Of a DNA stretch of 64,000 nt, positions 1 to 6,888 are shown piece after piece. A model generated the notes under the pieces. That model searched no databases. It was not told where the DNA came from and saw only the letters and a list, made by a program, of their open reading frames with translations. The stretch is from Candidatus Parcubacteria bacterium (GTDB lineage Bacteria; Patescibacteriota; Minisyncoccia; Phycocordibacterales; JAACPR01): contig JBEBBG010000007.1 of the NCBI GenBank assembly GCA_041158505.1, forward strand, positions 27,879 to 91,878, read 5' to 3'. The position numbers and the translations under genes were made by a program. Positions within the stretch are counted from its first letter, which is position 1, and every line of letters begins with the position of its first letter.

Positions 1-509
1 TTAGCTACCTTCGCGAACCAGTTGAGCACGTTCTCGTTGTTACCATTGATGCGCTCTTTTCGCTTCCTGATTATGCAATTCGGGAACGCATACTACGAAT
101 TCTGCTTCGATTACGAAGCCGAGCAAGTAAACGCTTTTTTGTTGCAACACGCAGAGCCGATGACAAGCTCTTTGAGTATGCACGTCAAGGAAACCTTGCA
201 GATTTCTATCGAGAAGAATTTAAAGACCGTAAACAATTTCTCTACCCGCCATTTGCAAAACTCATCAAACTTTCTGTCGCGGGGACCCCTAAAGCAACCG
301 AGGATGCGATGCTTGCTGCAAAGGAGCTTCTAAAGCCACACGCGCTACTCGTCTACCCCGCGTTTACTGAACGACAACGCGGCGTCGCTGTCTGGCACGG
401 TTTGCTGAAGCTAAAGCCAGACGAGTGGCCAAATGATGAGCTCCACCGAAAGCTAACATCACTACCGCCACAATTTAAAGTACTCATTGACGCACCAAGC
501 CTCCTCTAG
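1..509 (+). CDS. priA: Primosomal protein N' (PriA), C-terminal fragment; the gene starts upstream of the window. The reading frame begins at nt 3.
   Basis: Translating the frame from nt 3 gives ...DFYREEFKDRKQFLYPPFAKLIKLSVAG...ERQRGVAVWHGLLKLKPDEW...VLIDAPSLL*. This matches the PriA C-terminal domain motifs (YPPF, and R-G-x-x-x-W near the C-terminus). The ORF track split it over two frame-1/frame-3 calls. Confidence 0.6.
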   Translation, partial: SYLREPVEHVLVVTIDALFSLPDYAIRERILRILLRLRSRASKRFFVATRRADDKLFEYARQGNLADFYREEFKDRKQFLYPPFAKLIKLSVAGTPKATEDAMLAAKELLKPHALLVYPAFTERQRGVAVWHGLLKLKPDEWPNDELHRKLTSLPPQFKVLIDAPSLL

Positions 510-547
510 CTGCAACTTATATAAAAATCGTCTATACTGGGGCCACC

Positions 548-1069
548 ATGGCACCCCAGCCTATTATTCAAAACGGGCATAAAACGCTGCGCCAGATTGC
601 AGCCCCTGTTTCTGCTGCAGAATTTGGAACACCGAAGCTTGCAAGCATCATTGCCGACATGTTTGAAGCACTCAAGACGCAGCACGATGGTGTTGCCCTT
701 GCGGCACCGCAAATCGCTGTCAGCAAGCGCATCTTTGTGGTGAGCCCTCTCGTGCTGACAGATAAGCGCCGTGCGCAAGACACGCCGCTCATTTACATCA
801 ATCCAGTCATCACCAAACGATCACTCGATAAAAAGAAAATGGATGAAGGATGCCTTTCAGTGCGCCCGCTCTACGGCAAAGTGCGTCGGTCGACACGGGC
901 AACCGTCACTGCGTTTGATGAACATGGTAACGAATTCAGCATCACGGGTACCGGCCTGCTTGCACAAATCTTTCAGCACGAAATCGATCACCTCGACGGC
1001 ATTCTCTTTATTGATCATGCTACTGACATTGTTGCGCTTGGTGAATCTGAAGAGCCGCTCGTCAAATAA
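548..1069 (+). CDS. def: Peptide deformylase
   Basis: PDF motifs are present: G-V-A-L-AAPQI, EGCLS and HEIDHLDG. Length is 173 aa. Confidence 0.9.
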   Translation: MAPQPIIQNGHKTLRQIAAPVSAAEFGTPKLASIIADMFEALKTQHDGVALAAPQIAVSKRIFVVSPLVLTDKRRAQDTPLIYINPVITKRSLDKKKMDEGCLSVRPLYGKVRRSTRATVTAFDEHGNEFSITGTGLLAQIFQHEIDHLDGILFIDHATDIVALGESEEPLVK

Positions 1070-1070
1070 T

Positions 1071-1913
1071 ATGATCACCTTTGCTTTTTTTGGAACAGAT
1101 ACGTTTAGCATTACCGTACTTGAGGAATTACGTGCTGCACAGCTGCTACCCAAGGTTATTGTGACAGCGCCGCCGCGGCCGCAAGGCCGCGGCTTGGAGC
1201 TAACCCCATCCCCCGTTGCGGTATGGGCTCAAGCGCACAGTATTGAAACCCTCACCCCCGAAGTACTTGATGCTGCATTTATTCAAACAATGGGTGCGAA
1301 GTTTGATCTCTTCGTGCTGGCATCGTATGGGCTTATCATTCCACAGCACGTACTCGACATCCCCCGACACGGCACGCTTAACGTGCACCCGTCACTACTT
1401 CCAAAATATCGCGGCGCATCCCCGATTGAATCAGCAATGCTCAATGACGATAAAGAAACAGGTGTCACGGTAATGCTCATGGACAACAAAATGGATCACG
1501 GTCCAATCGTTGCGCAAGAAGTAGTACGCTTTGATACCTGGCCACAAAAACCAGTCGCCGAAGAAACGCTCGCAAAAGCCGGCGGTCGCCTGCTTGCCGC
1601 AACAATTCCAGAGTGGATTGCTGGCAACATTACTGCACGGCCTCAAGCGCACCGTGATGCAACCTTCACCCGCAAGCTCGTTAAAGCAGACGGTGAACTC
1701 AACCTCGCCGATGACCCGTACAAAAACTTTCTTAAAATCCAAGCATTCACGCCATGGCCTGGCACCTTCTTCTTTACCGACGTGCACGGCAAAACGATGC
1801 GCGTAAAAATCACTAGTGCCACATACGAAAACGGACAATTAAAAATCCTCCGGGTGGTACCCGAAGGACGAAAAGAAGTTGACTACGACGTATTTCTTGG
1901 ATCAAACGCGTAG
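1071..1913 (+). CDS. fmt: Methionyl-tRNA formyltransferase
   Basis: Starts MITFAFFGTD two nt after the def stop. Contains NVHPSLLPKYRGASPI and a C-terminal Fmt domain. The ORF track extended the ORF upstream through def in another frame. Confidence 0.85.
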   Translation: MITFAFFGTDTFSITVLEELRAAQLLPKVIVTAPPRPQGRGLELTPSPVAVWAQAHSIETLTPEVLDAAFIQTMGAKFDLFVLASYGLIIPQHVLDIPRHGTLNVHPSLLPKYRGASPIESAMLNDDKETGVTVMLMDNKMDHGPIVAQEVVRFDTWPQKPVAEETLAKAGGRLLAATIPEWIAGNITARPQAHRDATFTRKLVKADGELNLADDPYKNFLKIQAFTPWPGTFFFTDVHGKTMRVKITSATYENGQLKILRVVPEGRKEVDYDVFLGSNA

Positions 1914-1930
1914 CGTATACCTTTTACTTT

Positions 1931-2581
1931 TTACTGTGTGACGACGACTGACTGGAGCACGATTGGCTCAACAGGTACATCGCGTTGGTTTCGCTCGGCT
2001 TGTGAAATCGCCATCACCACATCCATTCCCTCAATCACACGTCCAAAGACTGCATGCTTTCCATCGAGGAAGGTGTTGTCTGCAACGTTAATGAAGAATT
2101 GGCTGCCGTTGGTGTTTGGTCCAGCATTTGCCATTGAAATCGTACCGGTCACATTTGAAAGGCCTGGCACAATTTCATCTGCAAACTTGTATCCTGGACC
2201 ACCCGTTCCCCACATTGCCTGCTTACTATCATCCTTCGTGAGCGGATCACCACCCTGGATCATAAATCCATCAATCACGCGGTGAAACTTTGTGTTGTCA
2301 TAGAACCCTTCTCCTGCGAGCTTCGCAAAGTTACTTGCTGTTTGTGGCGTTCTATCGCTATAAAGTTCAAGAACAATCGTTCCTTTATTTGTTGTAATCG
2401 TTGCTTGCATTGTTTTTTGTTCGGTTACTGCTAGTGGTTGCGTACTCGTTGCTGTGGTTGTAGCAACGTCTGCTGGCATCGTGGTTTCTTGTGGCGCATC
2501 TGCGGCTGGCTTGTAGAGGACCAGGACACCAATGAGCACAGCGACAAGGATGATTGCCGCAATTGCGACTGCTTGTTTCAT
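1931..2581 (-). CDS. Cyclophilin-type peptidyl-prolyl cis-trans isomerase with an N-terminal membrane anchor
   Basis: Contains FHRVIDGFMIQGGDP and the cyclophilin fold signature. An N-terminal hydrophobic helix is followed by a Thr-rich linker. Confidence 0.85.
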   Translation of the reverse strand: MKQAVAIAAIILVAVLIGVLVLYKPAADAPQETTMPADVATTTATSTQPLAVTEQKTMQATITTNKGTIVLELYSDRTPQTASNFAKLAGEGFYDNTKFHRVIDGFMIQGGDPLTKDDSKQAMWGTGGPGYKFADEIVPGLSNVTGTISMANAGPNTNGSQFFINVADNTFLDGKHAVFGRVIEGMDVVMAISQAERNQRDVPVEPIVLQSVVVTQ

Positions 2582-2598
2582 AACGGTGTGGGATGTAG

Positions 2599-2967
2599 TT
2601 ACTTTCCGGTAAAGAAGCGCTTGATGGCTCGACCGCCTCGTTTGTAGAGCGCATCTTTCTTACTCTGACTGCGGCGAATCACCTTGCTAATTTCGTCTTT
2701 GACTGCATCGATTGCTGCGGTTACGCTTCCAGCTTTTGCAGATGCGCGGTACACACGACCGTCCATCGTTGCATTTACTTCGGCGCGATACACGTCACCT
2801 TTACTGTGGTGTCGTGAATCAAGGGCAACTTCAACTTCTGCAAGAATTTCCTGATCACCTTGCGGCGCCAAAAACTTCTCAATCACCTGTAACTTCTCGT
2901 GGACCTGACGGCTAATATCTGGCGTCAAATCCACCTGTTTTGTTTTGATGTGAAAATTTACAGTCAT
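2599..2967 (-). CDS. hpf: Ribosome hibernation promoting factor / RaiA family
   Basis: 122 aa with the HPF/YfiA fold pattern (basic C-terminus). It sits next to translation genes. Confidence 0.75.
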   Translation of the reverse strand: MTVNFHIKTKQVDLTPDISRQVHEKLQVIEKFLAPQGDQEILAEVEVALDSRHHSKGDVYRAEVNATMDGRVYRASAKAGSVTAAIDAVKDEISKVIRRSQSKKDALYKRGGRAIKRFFTGK

Positions 2968-2987
2968 ACACTCATAGTATACTCTGC

Positions 2988-3218
2988 TTACCCCTCATCT
3001 GGAAGCTCGACTGAAAGCAGCTTTGATGGCGAATGATGCCCCGAGACAATGCGGATCTGGCCCGCCTCAGGAAAGTGCTCGCGAATGATTTCAAGAACCC
3101 GCGCATTTGCCATATTTCGCTCAGCGGGCTCCTTAATTCGAACAGAAACATGTGTGGCATCGAGCGCCTCGACCACCTCTTCTTTGGCATGAGCAACGAC
3201 CTTTACGTGAATATACAT
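2988..3218 (-). CDS. DUF167 (YggU-like) small protein. It is the internal-Met portion of the 177-aa ORF.
   Basis: MYIHVKVVAHAKEEVVEALDATHVSVRIKEPAERNMANARVLEIIREHFP...IRIVSGHHSPSKL matches the DUF167/YggU pattern (xKANxAL...IVSGxxSRxK). The upstream part of the ORF overlaps the tRNA/intron antisense and is not counted as coding. Confidence 0.5.
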   Translation of the reverse strand: MYIHVKVVAHAKEEVVEALDATHVSVRIKEPAERNMANARVLEIIREHFPEAGQIRIVSGHHSPSKLLSVELPDEG

Positions 3219-3361
3219 ACGCGTACTATACCCCGTTTGGCGGACAGGTCTAGACAGCTCCCCAATCGGTTGGTACGATAACGGGCACACCAGCTTTGTG
3301 GCGGCCACGCACACGTGCACGCCAAACCAAAGCTGGTGCAGGTTCTCCAAAAACCACATAT

Positions 3362-3692
3362 TCCCCTGTAGCTCAGCGGTAGAGCAATCGACTGTGTCAC
3401 AAGTGTTTAAACACAAAGACCATACGCAGCTTCCAGTACGAAAGTCTGGTCGAAAAACGAGGTGAATTGCTGGAAGCCCATACATGAAAGTGTACGGGTA
3501 ATCAGCAGCCAAGCCGTACATTTACGGAAGGTTCAGAGACTATCTCGAAAGAGAGTAGTTCGCATCACGCGCACGAAGCGCCTCGCACCTACGTTCAAGT
3601 AATTGAATAAGGTGATGATATAGTCCATCCCTAGAAGTAATTTTAGGATTAATGTAATCGATTGGCCGCAGGTTCGAATCCTGCCGGGGGAG
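3362..3692 (+). tRNA. tRNA-Asn(GUU), split by a group I intron. Exon 1 is 3362-3395, exon 2 is 3655-3692, with a G discriminator and no encoded CCA.
   Basis: Joined exons give UCCCCUGUAGCUCAGCGGUAGAGCAAUCGACUGU|UAAUCGAUUGGCCGCAGGUUCGAAUCCUGCCGGGGGAG. This is a canonical cloverleaf: 7-bp acceptor, GCUC/GAGC D-stem, AUCGA/UCGAU anticodon stem, anticodon loop CUGUUAA, and T-arm GCAGG-UUCGAAU-CCUGC. It is near-identical in layout to bacterial tRNA-Asn. Confidence 0.7.
3396..3654 (+). ncRNA. Group I self-splicing intron (259 nt) in the anticodon loop of tRNA-Asn, between anticodon nt 35 and 36
   Basis: The 5' exon ends in U (3395) and the intron ends in G (3654, omega-G). Conserved P7 elements are present: R-like GTTCAGAGACTA at 3530-3541 and S-like (GATG)ATATAGTCC at 3613-3626, which allow GACUA/UAGUC pairing. 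A possible IGS, GCAG at 3433-3436, is complementary to the exon CUGU. The intron is too short to carry an ORF. Confidence 0.6.
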
Positions 3693-5222
3693 CATAGAAG
3701 TGATTTTAGACCCAGAAGAAGCTTTTACCGCATTGGTAAAGGCTTTTTTTGGTTCGAAAGTATTTTCATCCAAAATGAGTTTTTCATAGAGCTTTCGAAC
3801 TGGTGTTTTTAGCTCGTATTCCACCTTTCCGTCTTTGAGACTGATGTGTTTGAAGAGATGCTTCAAAAGCATACGCTTTTCAGCAGGCGTTCTCTTTGAG
3901 TAAATTTCTTTTGCCCTTGAAGCCAATTCAAGGATATTGAGACCTATCTCAAAGTATTCAGCTTCCTGCGTCTTGAGGCGTTCTAGCTGGGTTGTAAGAG
4001 CCTTTTGCTCATCAATAAGCACTTTGTGTTTACCAGTCCAAAACTCATCTGAAATAACCCCTGAAAGCTTGTCATCATAAAGCCTGTCAATTTTTACCTG
4101 AACCGCTTTGTATTGGGAATTGAGGCTATTTAGGACTGACTCTTTGTAGGCAACTTCTTCTGAGTGATTTGCCTTTATCTTTTCCCTGATTTGTTCAACA
4201 TCAGTCTTGGTAAGCTTGGCAAAAACATCCATCACGTTTACCAAACCTGACTCGATTACTTCTTCACGAGTGTATTTCTTTTGCTTACAGTCTTTGTAGT
4301 GATTACAGTGACAGTAAACGTGACCTTTTTGTATTTCCGAAGTGATACCTCCTCCACACTCACCACAAGTAATCATCTTGGAGAACAGGAACTCCTTTCG
4401 AAGATAGAATGGTGCTTTCTTTCTAATCCTGATTTCTTGGATTTGGTCATAGGTCTCTTTTGTGATGAGTGGTTCGTGGTCACCTTTCATCAGTTTTCCT
4501 TTCCAAGTAAACGCACCGTAATTGAAAGTATCTCCAAGCAATCTCTCAATCTGACTCTTGTAGAGTTTCTTTCCGTATCGAGTCCTCACGCCACTATCAG
4601 TAGCCATTTTGAGCAGAGCTTTCATTGAGTACTGACCTGTGGCATATGACTCAAGCAATTTCTTTACTGCAAGATTGGTTTCTGGGTCTTTGATGAAATG
4701 CTTTCTACCTTTTTCACCAACACTTTGGTATCCATACTTGAAAGAGCCAGGGTACATCCCTTGAGAAGCTTTCTCGTTCAATCCTTTGTGCACTTCTTCG
4801 GATAGATTATTTGTGTAGAAGCGAGCAATAGCTACTTTCATATCCCAAACAAGATTCTCGTGAGCACGAGTATTCTTATTCACAATAAAATTCTCTTTGA
4901 CGAAGTGAATGGTTCTGTCAGAGCTTTCCTGAACCCAATCGTTTACGGTAGCCGCATCTTTGAGATTTCGAGTAAGACGGTCAATCTTTTCACACAGGAT
5001 ATTTTCAATATCGTGCTTAGATGCATACTCAAGCATTTCATTGAAGATTGTTCTTATTTGCTTACCACTTGCTGACTCACTAATGCGAAAGATTTTAGCG
5101 ACTTTGAAACCTTTCTTTTCTGCATAATCCTCAAGCAGTTTCTGTTGAGCATCGAGAGAATAACCTGTATCTTCTTGTTCTCTTGATGACACTCGACAAT
5201 AAATAACGCAATTTGACTTCAT
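3540..5222 (-). CDS. Large serine recombinase (resolvase domain, recombinase domain, zinc ribbon, coiled coil)
   Basis: The N-terminus IYCRVSSREQ carries the catalytic Ser of the resolvase fold. A CGECGG...CHC zinc ribbon and a long coiled-coil tail follow. The last ~55 codons read antisense through tRNA exon 2 and the intron P7-P9 region, so the true C-terminus is uncertain. The gene is AT-rich. Confidence 0.85.
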   Translation of the reverse strand: MKSNCVIYCRVSSREQEDTGYSLDAQQKLLEDYAEKKGFKVAKIFRISESASGKQIRTIFNEMLEYASKHDIENILCEKIDRLTRNLKDAATVNDWVQESSDRTIHFVKENFIVNKNTRAHENLVWDMKVAIARFYTNNLSEEVHKGLNEKASQGMYPGSFKYGYQSVGEKGRKHFIKDPETNLAVKKLLESYATGQYSMKALLKMATDSGVRTRYGKKLYKSQIERLLGDTFNYGAFTWKGKLMKGDHEPLITKETYDQIQEIRIRKKAPFYLRKEFLFSKMITCGECGGGITSEIQKGHVYCHCNHYKDCKQKKYTREEVIESGLVNVMDVFAKLTKTDVEQIREKIKANHSEEVAYKESVLNSLNSQYKAVQVKIDRLYDDKLSGVISDEFWTGKHKVLIDEQKALTTQLERLKTQEAEYFEIGLNILELASRAKEIYSKRTPAEKRMLLKHLFKHISLKDGKVEYELKTPVRKLYEKLILDENTFEPKKAFTNAVKASSGSKITSMLPRQDSNLRPIDYINPKITSRDGLYHHLIQLLERRCEALRARDANYSLSR

Positions 5223-5487
5223 AAATATATTTTAGCTTAGTTTTTGATAATACTCACCCCTTTTCCTAATGATTTCATAGGAAATAAGAGAGATGTTTAT
5301 GTAGCCAGAATTGTGATAGTGACCTCCAAAGTTCCTCCAGATAAGCTAGTCTTTTTGACTTGGCGTTTCGCTTCTCCTTATTTTCTTTGAGGTTGTATCG
5401 GAGCATATCCGATGCAGGTCAGACGGCTGGGTGGCAAGGGGGCAACCATTTTCCCAGCTTTCGCACCTGAACCTGATATGCAACTTA

Positions 5488-5530
5488 TTGTTTGGTTTTG
5501 AGATTGAGCCGTAGTCTCAAAACTTTTAGC
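5488..5530 (+). terminator. Intrinsic terminator (9-bp stem GTTTTGAGA/TCTCAAAAC followed by TTTTAGC) with no annotated upstream ORF
   Basis: The hairpin is read directly from the sequence. Confidence 0.4.
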
Positions 5531-6309
5531 AGACTTGTTTAGCCTCTTTGTCGTGAAAAGAGGGTTCTTCTGACATTGTGATTAGCTTGCTCTCGCAAGA
5601 CTCTGGAAAAGGCTCTCCGTCAGCCAGAGAAGAGCCTTTTTCAATTTCCTGCGAATTAGAAAGTCTATGCTTTTTAGCATCTTCAAAATCAAATTGAGCC
5701 AACAGGTCAAAGAAACCCGCTAGCTCGGTGATAGAATCGTTGTTTGATTTTGATTGGCTGACTATTTCCATATCGCTACCAACTGGAGCGAGAAATATGT
5801 CTGCCTAATACAAAACGCGAACCATTAGGACAAGACGCATTTCTGCATCTAAGAGTCCATCGGTTCGCGTTCCCAATCTTTCAAGTTTCAGTCTGGCAAT
5901 TGAGTTCCTCCGACATCAAAAGTGTTAGACTTGAAACCACTGAACTGGGTGTGGCTTAGCAATAGTATGTATTCAGTTGTAACTAAATTTTAGCACAGGA
6001 TTATGTGAGCTCAAGTGGAAAATACAGAGCAACACAAAAGGATTTATATGACTAGAAAAGGGTTCAATAGACCCATATAGTAAAAAGGTATTTTCTGTTA
6101 TAATTTGCAGGACAACTGAATATGTCGACCTAACCCTTAGGGATTTTCTCTAAGGTATGGTCAAAAACGCGACGAACATAAAAACCCCATCATTAGGGCG
6201 TTCGTCGCGTTGTATCTGGAAACGGATATAGAGACCTTCGGGTCTTCCTAGTGGTGGGATTTTTGTGTCTCAGCCCTAGGTATTATCAATAAAATCGCGA
6301 CGAACGATT

Positions 6310-6495
6310 ATGACTACAATAAATTTAGGTCTGTTTATTTGGGGCTTATTACTTACGCTCCAAGTAATGCAAAATATGAAGCGGATAGATAAGCTTAGTT
6401 GGGACTTGGCTCATAAAATGGACAAGCCAGAAGAAGAAACTCCAACTGAAAAGTTTATGCGTGAGAGAAAGGAGAAGACAGAAACTAAAGGGTAG
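6310..6495 (+). CDS. Small hypothetical membrane peptide (61 aa)
   Basis: One N-terminal transmembrane helix and a charged tail. It is convergent with, and overlaps by 11 nt, the HTH gene. Confidence 0.3.
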   Translation: MTTINLGLFIWGLLLTLQVMQNMKRIDKLSWDLAHKMDKPEEETPTEKFMRERKEKTETKG

Positions 6496-6886
6496 CTTTG
6501 GCAATTTTTTGAGCAAACATTTCATCAAACATCTTCTTACTCCTATCCATAGACTCACGGAGTTCCTCACTAATTTCCTGACTCTCAACTCTCTGGGAGA
6601 ACTCATTTTTATATTTACGCTCAAGCCACCACGCTGAGGCTTGCCAGCTTTTCTCAGAAGCCTTTTCGATGTTCTTGATGTGTCTTCTTTTACACTCAAT
6701 CTCTTTTTGTCTTATTTGTTCTGAAAAGTCTGAATTCTGACGCTTCCACAACGACAAAGTATCCTCGCTAATTCCAGCAAGGATTGAGGCATCACGTTGA
6801 GTGAGACCATCAGCAATAGCATCAAGAATTATCTTGATAGTAGTGGGTGTTGCCTTATATGATTTTGGAATAAGAGGCTTTGCCAT
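6485..6886 (-). CDS. HTH DNA-binding protein, terminase small subunit (Terminase_2)-like
   Basis: IKIILDAIADGLTQRDASILAGISEDTLSLWKRQNSDFSEQI...SWQASAWWLERKYKNEF resembles the phage TerS-type HTH. Its start lies 3 nt after the protease stop, so it is likely co-transcribed. Confidence 0.5.
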   Translation of the reverse strand: MAKPLIPKSYKATPTTIKIILDAIADGLTQRDASILAGISEDTLSLWKRQNSDFSEQIRQKEIECKRRHIKNIEKASEKSWQASAWWLERKYKNEFSQRVESQEISEELRESMDRSKKMFDEMFAQKIAKATL

Positions 6887-6888
6887 AT

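Noticed and set aside
771-1070. Upstream 100 codons of the 380-aa ORF in front of fmt
   Set aside because: They overlap def in another frame. fmt starts at the conserved MITFAFFGTD Met immediately after the def stop.
3219-3521. The upstream two-thirds of the 177-aa minus-strand ORF (2988-3521)
   Set aside because: It runs antisense through tRNA-Asn exon 1 and the group I intron. Only the C-terminal 76 codons (2988-3218) match a known family (DUF167).
3362-3692. Reading the two tRNA-Asn halves as att-site duplications from integration of the recombinase-bearing element
   Set aside because: The halves are not duplicates. They are complementary parts of one tRNA that reconstitute a complete cloverleaf and anticodon loop. 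The intervening 259 nt carries group I P7 elements, U/G splice-site nucleotides, and a gap too short for an element.
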